Part shown: one piece after another, positions 37,201 through 51,400 of the stretch
Layout of the letters: each line of letters opens with the position of its first letter
How positions within the stretch are numbered: position 1 is the stretch's first letter
Origin: the human T2T-CHM13v2.0 reference genome, Homo sapiens
Assembly: GCF_009914755.1 (NCBI RefSeq)
Contig: NC_060930.1
DNA length: 64,000 bases
Reading direction: 5' to 3' (one strand)
Position numbers and translations under genes: made by a program
Notes under the pieces: model-generated
Seen by the model: the letters and a program-made list of their open reading frames with translations, nothing else
Database searches by the model: none
Told to the model about the DNA's origin: nothing

Positions 37201-39410
37201 TTCAAAGAGTGAAACCTCCCTTTTCACAGAGCAGTTTTGAAACACTGTGTTTGTAGGATTTCCAAGGGGATATTTATAGCGCATTGAGCCTACGGCGGAA
37301 AAAGAAACATCTTCCTATAAAAACTAGACAGAATACTTCTCAGAATCTGCTTTGCGATGTGTGTGTTCAACTCACAGAGTAAAACTTTTCTTTTGATAGA
37401 GCAGTTTTGAAACACTCTTTTTGTAGTATTTGCATGTGTATATTTAGAGCGCATTGAAGCCCACAGTAGAAAAGGAAATAACTTCACCTAAAACCTAGAC
37501 AGAAGCAATCTCAGAAACTACTTTGTGATGTGTACATTCAACTCACAGAGTGGAACTTTCCTCTTTATAGAGCAGTGTTGAAACACTCTTTTTGTAGAAA
37601 CTGCAAGTGGATATTTGGACCTCTTTGAGGCCTTCGTTGGAAACGGGATTTCTTCCTGTAACCCTAGACAGAAGAATTTTCAGAAACCTCATTGTGATGT
37701 GTGCGTTCATCTCACAGAGTGGAGTCTTCCGTTTGATAGAGAAGTTTTGCAACCCTGTTCTTGTAGGATTTCCAAGTGGATATTTAGACCACTTTGAAGC
37801 CTATGATAGAAAAGGAAACATCTTCATGGAAAACATAGATAGAATCATTCTCAGAAACAACTTTGTGATGTGTGCGTTGAACTCACCGTCTTTAACCTTT
37901 CTTTTGGTAGAGAAGTTTTGAAACACTCTCTTTGTAAAGTCTACAAGTGGATATTTTGAGCCCTTGGAGGCATTCTTTGGAAAAGGGAATGTCTTCACAT
38001 AAAAGGCAGACAGAAGTGTTCTCAGAAACTGCTTTGTGATGTCTGTGTTCAACTCACAGAGTTTAACATTTCCTTTGATAGAGCGGTTTAGTAACCCTCT
38101 CTTTGTAGAATTTGGAAGTGTATACTAAGAGCGCTTTGAGGCCTATGGTAGAAAAGGAAATATCTTTCCATAAAAGCTAGACAGAACCAATCTCAGAAAC
38201 TCCTTTGTGATGTCTGCATTCAACTCACCGAGTGGAACATTCCTCTTGATAGAGCAGTTTGGAAACACTCTTTCTGTAGAATCAGCTTGTTTGTATTTGG
38301 ACCTCCTTGAGGCCTTCGTTGGAAACGGGTTTTCATCTTATAAACCCAGACAGAAGAATTCTCAGAGTCTTCTTTGTGATGTGTGCTTTCAACTCACCGA
38401 GATAAAGATTTCTCTTGATAGAGCAATTTGGAAACACTCTTTTTGTAGAATTTGCAAGGGTACATTGAGAGCGCTTTCAGGCCTATGGTAGAAAAGGGAA
38501 TATCTTTCCATAAAAGGTAGACAGAAGCAATCTCAGAAACTACTTTGTGATGTGTGCATTCAACTCACCGAGTGCAACGTTCCTCTTGACCGAGCAGTTT
38601 GGAAACATTGTTTCTGTAGAATCTGCAAGTGGATATTTGGACCTCTTTGAGGCCTTCGTTGGAAACGGGATTTCTTCCTATAAACCCAGACAGAAGAATT
38701 CTCAGAGACTTCTTTGTGATGTGTGAATTCAACTCACAGTGTGGATCCTTCCTTTTGATAGAGCAGTTTTGAAACCCTGTTTTTGTAGTATTTCCAAGCG
38801 GATATTTGGAACGCCTTGAAGCGTATGGTAGAAAAGGAAATATCTTCCCATAAAACCTAGACGGAAGCAATCTCAGAAACTACTGTGTGATGGCTGCATT
38901 CCACACACACGGTGGAACATTTCTCTTGATAGAGCAGTTTTGAAACACTCTTTCTGTAGAATCTGCAAGTGGATAATTGGACTGCCTCGAGGCCTTCGTT
39001 GGAAACGGGATTTCTTCATGTTACTCTAGATAGAAGAATTCTCAAACACTGCTATGTGATGTTTGCATTCAAGTCACAGAGTGCAACATTCCTCTTGGTA
39101 GAGCAGTTGGGAAACACTCCTTTTGTAGAATCTGCAATGGGATATTTGGACTTCTTTGAGGCCTTCGTTGGAAACGGGATTTCTTCGTATGAATCTAGAC
39201 AGAAGAATTCTCAGAAACTTCCTTGTGATGTGTGCATTCAACTCAGCGAGTGGCACCTTCCTTTGGATACAGCAGTTTTGAAACACTGTTTTTGTAGTAT
39301 TTCCAAGCAGATATTTAGAACGCCTTGAAGCCTATGCTAGAAATGGAAATATCTCCCCATAAAACCAAGACAGAAGCAATCTCAGAAACTAATGTGTGAT
39401 GGCTGCATTC
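31251..39410 (+). repeat. Three tandem 16-mer variant HORs of 2,720 bp (31251-33970, 33971-36690, 36691-39410)
   Basis: The ORF anchors 31391/34111/36831/39551 are spaced 2,720 apart. The 337 bp containing the GGGTCTTCG CENP-B monomer and the next monomer is missing in each. Confidence 0.94.
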
Positions 39411-42400
39411 CACACACACGGTGGACCATTTCTCTTGATAGAGCAGTTTTGAAACACTCTTTCTGTAGAATCTGCAAGTGGATAATTGGACCTCCTAGAG
39501 GCCTTCGTTGGAAACGGGATTTCTTCATCTAAACCTACAGAGAAGAATTCTCAGTAACTTCTTCGGATGTGTGCATTCGACTCACAGAATGGAACATTCC
39601 CTTTGATAGAGCAGTTTTGAGACACCGTTTTTGTAGAATTCCCAAGTGGATATTTAGAGCACTTTGAAGTCTCTGCTAGAAAAGGAAACATCTTCATGTA
39701 AAAAGTAGATAGAATCGTTCTCAGAAAGTGCTTAGTGACGTGTGCGTTCAACTCACAGAGTTTAACGTTTCTTTTGATAGAGCGTTTCTGAAACACCCTT
39801 CGTGTAGTAGCTGCAAGTGGATATTTGGACCTATTGGAGGCCTTCTTTGGAAATGGGATTTCTTCATGTAACTCTAGATTGAAGAATTCTCAGAAACTCC
39901 TTTGTGATGTGTGCATTCAATTCAAAGAGTGAAACCTCCCTTTTCACAGAGCAGTTTTGAAACACTGTGTTTGTAGGATTTCCAAGGGGATATTTATAGC
40001 GCATTGAGCCTACGGCGGAAAAAGAAACATCTTCCTATAAAAACTAGACAGAATACTTCTCAGAATCTGCTTTGCGATGTGTGTGTTCAACTCACAGAGT
40101 AAAACTTTTCTTTTGATAGAGCAGTTTTGAAACACTCTTTTTGTAGTATTTGCATGTGTATATTTAGAGCGCATTGAAGCCCACAGTAGAAAAGGAAATA
40201 ACTTCACCTAAAACCTAGACAGAAGCAATCTCAGAAACTACTTTGTGATGTGTACATTCAACTCACAGAGTGGAACTTTCCTCTTTATAGAGCAGTGTTG
40301 AAACACTCTTTTTGTAGAAACTGCAAGTGGATATTTGGACCTCTTTGAGGCCTTCGTTGGAAACGGGATTTCTTCCTGTAACCCTAGACAGAAGAATTTT
40401 CAGAAACCTCATTGTGATGTGTGCGTTCATCTCACAGAGTGGAGTCTTCCGTTTGATAGAGAAGTTTTGCAACCCTGTTCTTGTAGGATTTCCAAGTGGA
40501 TATTTAGACCACTTTGAAGCCTATGATAGAAAAGGAAACATCTTCATGGAAAACATAGATAGAATCATTCTCAGAAACAACTTTGTGATGTGTGCGTTGA
40601 ACTCACCGTCTTTAACCTTTCTTTTGGTAGAGAAGTTTTGAAACACTCTCTTTGTAAAGTCTACAAGTGGATATTTTGAGCCCTTGGAGGCATTCTTTGG
40701 AAAAGGGAATGTCTTCACATAAAAGGCAGACAGAAGTGTTCTCAGAAACTGCTTTGTGATGTCTGTGTTCAACTCACAGAGTTTAACATTTCCTTTGATA
40801 GAGCGGTTTAGTAACCCTCTCTTTGTAGAATTTGGAAGTGTATACTAAGAGCGCTTTGAGGCCTATGGTAGAAAAGGTAATATCTTTCCATAAAAGCTAG
40901 ACAGAACCAATCTCAGAAACTCCTTTGTGATGTCTGCATTCAACTCACCGAGTGGAACATTCCTCTTGATAGAGCAGTTTGGAAACACTCTTTCTGTAGA
41001 ATCAGCTTGTTTGTATTTGGACCTCCTTGAGGCCTTCGTTGGAAACGGGTTTTCATCTTATAAACCCAGACAGAAGAATTCTCAGAGTCTTCTTTGTGAT
41101 GTGTGCTTTCAACTCACCGAGATAAAGATTTCTCTTGATAGAGCAATTTGGAAACACTCTTTTTGTAGAATTTGCAAGGGTACATTGAGAGCGCTTTCAG
41201 GCCTATGGTAGAAAAGGGAATATCTTTCCATAAAAGGTAGACAGAAGCAATCTCAGAAACTACTTTGTGATGTGTGCATTCAACTCACCGAGTGCAACGT
41301 TCCTCTTGACCGAGCAGTTTGGAAACATTGTTTCTGTAGAATCTGCAAGTGGATATTTGGACCTCTTTGAGGCCTTCGTTGGAAACGGGATTTCTTCCTA
41401 TAAACCCAGACAGAAGAATTCTCAGAGACTTCTTTGTGATGTGTGAATTCAACTCACAGTGTGGATCCTTCCTTTTGATAGAGCAGTTTTGAAACCCTGT
41501 TTTTGTAGTATTTCCAAGCGGATATTTGGAACGCCTTGAAGCGTATGGTAGAAAAGGAAATATCTTCCCATAAAACCTAGACAGAACCAATCTCAGAAAC
41601 GACTTTGTGATGTCTGCATTCAAGTCACAGAGTTGAACATTTCTCTTGATAGAGCAGTTTTGAAACCCTCTTTCTGAAGGATCTGCAAGTGGATATTTGG
41701 AACTCCTTTGGGTCTTCGTTGGAAACGGGATTTCTTCGTATAAATCTAGACAGAAGAATTCTCCGAAACTTCTTTGGTTGTGTGCATTCAAGTCACAGAG
41801 TGGAACCTTCCTTTGGATAGAGCAGTTTGAAACGCTGTGGTTGTAGTATTTCCAAGCGGATATTAGAGCGCCTTGAGGCCTATGGTAGAAAAGGAAATAT
41901 CTTCCCATAAAACCTAGACGGAAGCAATCTCAGAAACTACTGTGTGATGGCTGCATTCCACACACACGGTGGAACATTTCTCTTGATAGAGCAGTTTTGA
42001 AACACTCTTTCTGTAGAATCTGCAAGTGGATAATTGGACCGCCTTGAGGCCTTCGTTGGAAACGGGATTTCTTCATGTTAGTCTAGATAGAAGAATTCTC
42101 AAACACTGCTATGTGATGTTTGCATTCAAGTCACAGAGTGCAACATTCCTCTTGGTAGAGCAGTTGGGAAACACTCCTTTTGTAGAATCTGCAATGGGAT
42201 ATTTGGACTTCTTTGAGGCCTTCGTTGGAAACGGGATTTCTTCGTATGACTCTAGACAGAAGAATTCTCAGAAACTTCCTTGTGATGTGTGCATTCAACT
42301 CAGCGAGTGGCACCTTCCTTTGGATACAGCAGTTTTGAAACACTGTTTTTGTAGTATTTCCAAGCGGATATTTAGAGCGCCTTGAAGCCTATGCTAGAAA

Positions 42401-45400
42401 TGGAAATATCTCCCCATAAAACCAAGACAGAAGCAATCTCAGAAACTAATGTGTGATGGCTGCATTCCACACACACGGTGGACCATTTGTCTTGATAGAG
42501 CAGTTTTGAAACACTCTTTCTGTAGAATCTGCAAGTGGATAATTGGACCTCCTAGAGGCCTTCGTTGGAAACGGGATTTCTTCATCTAAACCTACAGAGA
42601 AGAATTCTCAGTAACTTCTTCGGATGTGTGCATTCGACTCACAGAATGGAACATTCCCTTTGATAGAGCAGTTTTGAGACACCGTTTTTGTAGAATTCCC
42701 AAGTGGATATTTAGAGCACTTTGAAGTCTCTGCTAGAAAAGGAAACATCTTCATGTAAAAAGTAGATAGAATCGTTCTCAGAAAGTGCTTAGTGACGTGT
42801 GCGTTCAACTCACAGAGTTTAACGTTTCTTTTGATAGAGCGTTTCTGAAACACCCTTCTTGTAGTAGCTGCAAGTGGATATTTGGACCTATTGGAGGCCT
42901 TCTTTGGAAATGGGATTTCTTCATGTAACTCTAGATTGAAGAATTCTCAGAAACTCCTTTGTGATGTGTGCATTCAATTCAAAGAGTGAAACCTCCCTTT
43001 TCACAGAGCAGTTTTGAAACACTGTTTTTGTAGGATTTCCAAGGGGATATTTATAGCGCATTGAGCCTACGGCAGAAAAAGAAACATCTTCCTATAAAAA
43101 CTAGACAGAATAATTCTCAGAATCTGCTTTGCGATGTATGCGTTCAACTCACAGAGTAAAACTTTTCTTTTGATAGAGCAGTTTTGAATCACTCTTTTTG
43201 TAGTATTTGCATGTGTATATTTAGAGCGCATTGAAGCCCACAGTAGAAAAGGAAATAACTTCACCTAAAACCTAGACAGAAGCAATCTCAGAAACTACTT
43301 TGTGATGTGTACATTCAACTCACAGAGTGGAACTTTCCTCTTTATAGAGCAGTGTTGAAACACTCTTTTTGTAGAAACTGAAAGTGGATATTTGGACCTC
43401 TTTGAGGCCTTCGTTGGAAACGGGATTTCTTCCTATAACCCTAGACAGAAGAATTTTCAGAAACCTCATTGTGATGTGTGCGTTCATCTCACAGAGTGGA
43501 GTCTTCCGTTTGATAGAGAAGTTTTGAAACCCTGTTCTTGTAGGATTTCCAAGTGGATATTTAGACCACTTTGAAGCCTATGATAGAAAAGGAAACATCT
43601 TCATGGAAAACATAGATAGAATCATTCTCAGAAACAACTTTGTGATGTGTGCGTTGAACTCACCGTCTTTAACCTTTCTTTTGGTAGAGAAGTTTTGAAA
43701 CACTCTCTTTGTAAAGTCTACAAGTGGATATTTTGAGCCCTTGGAGGCATTCTTTGGAAAAGGGAATGTCTTCACATAAAAGGCAGACAGAAGTGTTCTC
43801 AGAAACTGCTTTGTGATGTCTGTGTTCAACTCACAGAGTTTAACATTTCCTTTGATAGAGTGGTTTAGTAACCCTCTCTTTGTAGAATTTGGAAGTGTAT
43901 ACTAAGAGCGCTTTGAGGCCTATGGTAGAAAAGGAAATATCTTTCCATAAAAGCTAGACAGAAGCAATCTCAGAAACTCCTCTGTGATGTCTGCATTCAA
44001 CTCACCGAGTGGAACATTCCTCTTGAGAGAGCAGTTTGGAAACACTCTTTCTGTAGAATCAGCTTGTTTGTATTTGGACCTCCTTGAGGCCTTCGTTGGA
44101 AACGGGTTTTCATCTTATAAACCCAGACAGAAGAATTCTCAGAGTCTTCTTTGTGATGTGTGCTTTCAACTCACCGAGATAAAGATTTCTCTTGATAGAG
44201 CAATTTGGAAACACTCTTTTTGTAGAATTTGCAAGGGTACATTGAGAGCGCTTTCAGGCCTATGGTAGAAAAGGGAATATCTTTCCATAAAAGGTAGACA
44301 GAAGCAATCTCAGAAACTACTTTGTGATGTGTGCATTCAACTCACCGAGTGCAACGTTCCTCTTGACCGAGCAGTTTGGAAACATTGTTTCTGTAGAATC
44401 TGCAAGTGGATATTTGGACCTCTTTGAGGCCTTCGTTGGAAACGGGATTTCTTCCTATAAACCCAGACAGAAGAATTCTCAGAGACTTCTTTGTGATGTG
44501 TGAATTCAACTCACAGTGTGGATCCTTTCTTTTGATAGAGCAGTTTTGAAACACTGTTTTTGTAGTATTTCCAAGCGGATATTTGGAACGCCTTGAAGCG
44601 TATGGTAGAAAAGGAAATATCTTCCCATAAAACCTAGACAGAACCAATCTCAGAAACGACTTTGTGATGTCTGCATTCAAGTCACAGAGTTGAACATTTC
44701 TCTTGATAGAGCAGTTTTGAAACCCTCTTTCTGAAGGATCTGCAAGTGGATATTTGGAACTCCTTTGGGTCTTCGTTGGAAACGGGATATCTTCGTATAA
44801 ATCTAGACAGAAGAATTCTCCGAAACTTCTTTGGTTGTGTGCATTCAAGTCACAGAGTGGAACCTTCCTTTGGATAGAGCAGTTTGAAACGCTGTGGTTG
44901 TAGTATTTCCAAGCGGATATTAGAGCGCCTTGAGGCCTATGGTAGAAAAGGAAATATCTTCCCATAAAACCTAGACGGAAGCAATCTCAGAAACTACTGT
45001 GTGATGGCTGCATTCCACACACACGGTGGAACATTTCTCTTGATAGAGCAGTTTTGAAACACTCTTTCTGTAGAATCTGTAAGTGGATAATTGGACCGCC
45101 TTGAGGCCTTCGTTGGAAACGGGATTTCTTCATGTTACTCTAGATAGAAGAATTCTCAAACACTGCTATGTGATGTTTGCATTCAAGTCACAGAGTGCAA
45201 CATTCCTCTTGGTAGAGCAGTTGGGAAACACTCCTTTTGTAGAATCTGCAATGGGATATTTGGACTTCTTTGAGGCCTTCGTTGGAAACGGGATTTCTTC
45301 GTATGAATCTAGACAGAAGAATTCTCAGAAACTTCCTTGTGATGTGTGCATTCAACTCAGCGAGTGGCACCTTCCTTTGGATACAGCAGTTTTGAAACAC

Positions 45401-48400
45401 TGTTTTTGTAGTATTTCCAAGTGGATATTTAGAGCGCCTTGAAGCCTATGCTAGAAATGGAAATATCTCCCCATAAAACCAAGACAGAAGCAATCTCAGA
45501 AACTAATGTGTGATGGCTGCATTCCACACACACGGTGGACCATTTCTCTTGATAGAGCAGTTTTGAAACACTCTTTCTGTAGAATCTGCAAGTGGATAAT
45601 TGGACCTCCTAGAGGCCTTCGTTGGAAACGGGATTTCTTCATCTAAACCTACAGAGAAGAATTCTCAGTAACTTCTTCGGATGTGTGCATTCGACTCACA
45701 GAATGGAACATTCCCTTTGATAGAGCAGTTTTGAGACACCGTTTTTGTAGAATTCCCAAGTGGATATTTAGAGCACTTTGAAGTCTCTGCTAGAAAAGGA
45801 AACATCTTCATGTAAAAAGTAGATAGAATCGTTCTCAGAAAGTACTTAGTGACGTGTGCGTTCAACTCACAGAGTTTAACGTTTCTTTTGATAGAGCGTT
45901 TCTGAAACACCCTTCTTGTAGTAGCTGCAAGTGGATATTTGGACCTATTGGAGGCCTTCTTTGGAAATGGGATTTCTTCATGTAACTCTAGATTGAAGAA
46001 TTCTCAGAAACTCCTTTGTGATGTGTGCATTCAATTCAAAGAGTGAAACCTCCCTTTTCACAGAGCAGTTTTGAAACACTGTTTTTGTAGGATTTCCAAG
46101 GGGATATTTATAGCGCATTGAGCCTACGGCGGAAAAAGAAACATCTTCCTATAAAAACTAGACAGAATACTTCTCAGAATCTGCTTTGCGATGTGTGCGT
46201 TCAACTCACAGAGTAAAACTTTTCTTTTGATAGAGCAGTTTTGAAACACTCTTTTTGTAGTATTTGCATGTGTATATTTAGAGCGCATTGAATCCCACAG
46301 TAGAAAAGGAAATAACTTCACCTAAAACCTAGACAGAAGCAATCTCAGAAACTACTTTGTGATGTGTACATTCAACTCACAGAGTGGAACTTTCCTCTTT
46401 ATAGAGCAGTGTTGAAACACTCTTTTTGTAGAAACTGCAAGTGGATATTTGGACCTCTTTGAGGCCTTCGTTGGAAACGGGATTTCTTCCTATAACCCTA
46501 GACAGAAGAATTTTCAGAAACCTCATTGTGATGTGTGCGTTCATCTCACAGAGTGGAGTCTTCCGTTTGATAGAGAAGTTTTGAAACCCTGTTCTTGTAG
46601 GATTTCCAAGTGGATATTTAGACCACTTTGAAGCCTATGATAGAAAAGGAAACATCTTCATGGAAAACATAGATAGAATCATTCTCAGAAACAACTTTGT
46701 GATGTGTGCGTTGAACTCACCGTCTTTAACCTTTCTTTTGGTAGAGAAGTTTTGAAACACTCTCTTTGTAAAGTCTACAAGTGGATATTTTGAGCCCTTG
46801 GAGGCATTCTTTGGAAAAGGGAATGTCTTCACATAAAAGGCAGACAGAAGTGTTCTCAGAAACTGCTTTGTGATGTCTGTGTTCAACTCACAGAGTTTAA
46901 CATTTCCTTTGATAGAGCGGTTTAGTAACCCTCTCTTTGTAGAATTTGGAAGTGTATACTAAGAGCGCTTTGAGGCCTATGGTAGAAAAGGAAATATCTT
47001 TCCATAAAAGCTAGACAGAAGCAATCTCAGAAACTCCTTTGTGATGTCTGCATTCAACTCACCGAGTGGAACATTCCTCTTGATAGAGCAGTTTGGAAAC
47101 ACTCTTTCTGTAGAATCAGCTTGTTTGTATTTGGACCTCCTTGAGGCCTTCGTTGGAAACGGGTTTTCATCTTATAAACCCAGACAGAAGAATTCTCAGA
47201 GTCTTCTTTGTGATGTGTGCTTTCAACTCACCGAGATAAAGATTTCTCTTGATAGAGCAATTTGGAAACACTCTTTTTGTAGAATTTGCAAGGGTACATT
47301 GAGAGCGCTTTCAGGCCTATGGTAGAAAAGGGAATATCTTTCCATAAAAGGTAGACAGAAGCAATCTCAGAAACTACTTTGTGATGTGTGCATTCAACTC
47401 ACCGAGTGCAACGTTCCTCTTGACCGAGCAGTTTGGAAACATTGTTTCTGTAGAATCTGCAAGTGGATATTTGGACCTCTTTGAGGCCTTCGTTGGAAAC
47501 GGGATTTCTTCCTATAAACCCAGACAGAAGAATTCTCAGAGACTTCTTTGTGATGTGTGAATTCAACTCACAGTGTGGATCCTTCCTTTTGATAGAGCAG
47601 TTTTGAAACCCTGTTTTTGTAGTATTTCCAAGCGGATATTTGGAACGCCTTGAAGCGTATGGTAGAAAAGGAAATATCTTCCCATAAAACCTAGACAGAA
47701 CCAATCTCAGAAACGACTTTGTGATGTCTGCATTCAAGTCACAGAGTTGAACATTTCTCTTGATAGAGCAGTTTTGAAACCCTCTTTCTGAAGGATCTGC
47801 AAGTGGATATTTGGAACTCCTTTGGGTCTTCGTTGGAAACGGGATTTCTTCGTATAAATCTAGACAGAAGAATTCTCCGAAACTTCTTTGGTTGTGTGCA
47901 TTCAAGTCACAGAGTGGAACCTTCCTTTGGATAGAGCAGTTTGAAACGCTGTGGTTGTAGTATTTCCAAGCGGATATTAGAGCGCCTTGAGGCCTATGGT
48001 AGAAAAGGAAATATCTTCCCATAAAACCTAGACGGAAGCAATCTCAGAAACTACTGTGTGATGGCTGCATTCCACACACACGGTGGAACATTTCTCTTGA
48101 TAGAGCAGTTTTGAAACACTCTTTCTGTAGAATCTGCAAGTGGATAATTGGACCGCCTTGAGGCCTTCGTTGGAAACGGGATTTCTTCATGTTAGTCTAG
48201 ATAGAAGAATTCTCAAACACTGCTATGTGATGTTTGCATTCAAGTCACAGAGTGCAACATTCCTCTTGGTAGAGCAGTTGGGAAACACTCCTTTTGTAGA
48301 ATCTGCAATGGGATATTTGGACTTCTTTGAGGCCTTCGTTGGAAACGGGATTTCTTCGTATGACTCTAGACAGAAGAATTCTCAGAAACTTCCTTGTGAT

Positions 48401-51400
48401 GTGTGCATTCAACTCAGCGAGTGGCACCTTCCTTTGGATACAGCAGTTTTGAAACACTGTTTTTGTAGTATTTCCAAGCGGATATTTAGAGCGCCTTGAA
48501 GCCTATGCTAGAAATGGAAATATCTCCCCATAAAACCAAGACAGAAGCAATCTCAGAAACTAATGTGTGATGGCTGCATTCCACACACACGGTGGACCAT
48601 TTGTCTTGATAGAGCAGTTTTGAAACACTCTTTCTGTAGAATCTGCAAGTGGATAATTGGACCTCCTAGAGGCCTTCGTTGGAAACGGGATTTCTTCATC
48701 TAAACCTACAGAGAAGAATTCTCAGTAACTTCTTCGGATGTGTGCATTCGACTCACAGAATGGAACATTCCCTTTGATAGAGCAGTTTTGAGACACCGTT
48801 TTTGTAGAATTCCCAAGTGGATATTTAGAGCACTTTGAAGTCTCTGCTAGAAAAGGAAACATCTTCATGTAAAAAGTAGATAGAATCGTTCTCAGAAAGT
48901 GCTTAGTGACGTGTGCGTTCAACTCACAGAGTTTAACGTTTCTTTTGATAGAGCGTTTCTGAAACACCCTTCTTGTAGTAGCTGCAAGTGGATATTTGGA
49001 CCTATTGGAGGCCTTCTTTGGAAATGGGATTTCTTCATGTAACTCTAGATTGAAGAATTCTCAGAAACTCCTTTGTGATGTGTGCATTCAATTCAAAGAG
49101 TGAAACCTCCCTTTTCACAGAGCAGTTTTGAAACACTGTTTTTGTAGGATTTCCAAGGGGATATTTATAGCGCATTGAGCCTACGGCAGAAAAAGAAACA
49201 TCTTCCTATAAAAACTAGACAGAATAATTCTCAGAATCTGCTTTGCGATGTATGCGTTCAACTCACAGAGTAAAACTTTTCTTTTGATAGAGCAGTTTTG
49301 AATCACTCTTTTTGTAGTATTTGCATGTGTATATTTAGAGCGCATTGAAGCCCACAGTAGAAAAGGAAATAACTTCACCTAAAACCTAGACAGAAGCAAT
49401 CTCAGAAACTACTTTGTGATGTGTACATTCAACTCACAGAGTGGAACTTTCCTCTTTATAGAGCAGTGTTGAAACACTCTTTTTGTAGAAACTGAAAGTG
49501 GATATTTGGACCTCTTTGAGGCCTTCGTTGGAAACGGGATTTCTTCCTATAACCCTAGACAGAAGAATTTTCAGAAACCTCATTGTGATGTGTGCGTTCA
49601 TCTCACAGAGTGGAGTCTTCCGTTTGATAGAGAAGTTTTGAAACCCTGTTCTTGTAGGATTTCCAAGTGGATATTTAGACCACTTTGAAGCCTATGATAG
49701 AAAAGGAAACATTTTCATGGAAAACATAGATAGAATCATTCTCAGAAACAACTTTGTGATGTGTGCGTTGAACTCACCGTCTTTAACCTTTCTTTTGGTA
49801 GAGAAGTTTTGAAACACTCTCTTTGTAAAGTCTACAAGTGGATATTTTGAGCCCTTGGAGGCATTCTTTGGAAAAGGGAATGTCTTCACATAAAAGGCAG
49901 ACAGAAGTGTTCTCAGAAACTGCTTTGTGATGTCTGTGTTCAACTCACAGAGTTTAACATTTCCTTTGATAGAGTGGTTTAGTAACCCTCTCTTTGTAGA
50001 ATTTGGAAGTGTATACTAAGAGCGCTTTGAGGCCTATGGTAGAAAAGGAAATATCTTTCCATAAAAGCTAGACAGAAGCAATCTCAGAAACTCCTTTGTG
50101 ATGTCTGCATTCAACTCACCGAGTGGAACATTCCTCTTGAGAGAGCAGTTTGGAAACACTCTTTCTGTAGAATCAGCTTGTTTGTATTTGGACCTCCTTG
50201 AGGCCTTCGTTGGAAACGGGTTTTCATCTTATAAACCCAGACAGAAGAATTCTCAGAGTCTTCTTTGTGATGTGTGCTTTCAACTCACCGAGATAAAGAT
50301 TTCTCTTGATAGAGCAATTTGGAAACACTCTTTTTGTAGAATTTGCAAGGGTACATTGAGAGCGCTTTCAGGCCTATGGTAGAAAAGGGAATATCTTTCC
50401 ATAAAAGGTAGACAGAAGCAATCTCAGAAACTACTTTGTGATGTGTGCATTCAACTCACCGAGTGCAACGTTCCTCTTGACCGAGCAGTTTGGAAACATT
50501 GTTTCTGTAGAATCTGCAAGTGGATATTTGGACCTCTTTGAGGCCTTCGTTGGAAACGGGATTTCTTCCTATAAACCCAGACAGAAGAATTCTCAGAGAC
50601 TTCTTTGTGATGTGTGAATTCAACTCACAGTGTGGATCCTTTCTTTTGATAGAGCAGTTTTGAAACACTGTTTTTGTAGTATTTCCAAGCGGATATTTGG
50701 AACGCCTTGAAGCGTATGGTAGAAAAGGAAATATCTTCCCATAAAACCTAGACAGAACCAATCTCAGAAACGACTTTGTGATGTCTGCATTCAAGTCACA
50801 GAGTTGAACATTTCTCTTGATAGAGCAGTTTTGAAACCCTCTTTCTGAAGGATCTGCAAGTGGATATTTGGAACTCCTTTGGGTCTTCGTTGGAAACGGG
50901 ATATCTTCGTATAAATCTAGACAGAAGAATTCTCCGAAACTTCTTTGGTTGTGTGCATTCAAGTCACAGAGTGGAACCTTCCTTTGGATAGAGCAGTTTG
51001 AAACGCTGTGGTTGTAGTATTTCCAAGCGGATATTAGAGCGCCTTGAGGCCTATGGTAGAAAAGGAAATATCTTCCCATAAAACCTAGACGGAAGCAATC
51101 TCAGAAACTACTGTGTGATGGCTGCATTCCACACACACGGTGGAACATTTCTCTTGATAGAGCAGTTTTGAAACACTCTTTCTGTAGAATCTGTAAGTGG
51201 ATAATTGGACCGCCTTGAGGCCTTCGTTGGAAACGGGATTTCTTCATGTTACTCTAGATAGAAGAATTCTCAAACACTGCTATGTGATGTTTGCATTCAA
51301 GTCACAGAGTGCAACATTCCTCTTGGTAGAGCAGTTGGGAAACACTCCTTTTGTAGAATCTGCAATGGGATATTTGGACTTCTTTGAGGCCTTCGTTGGA

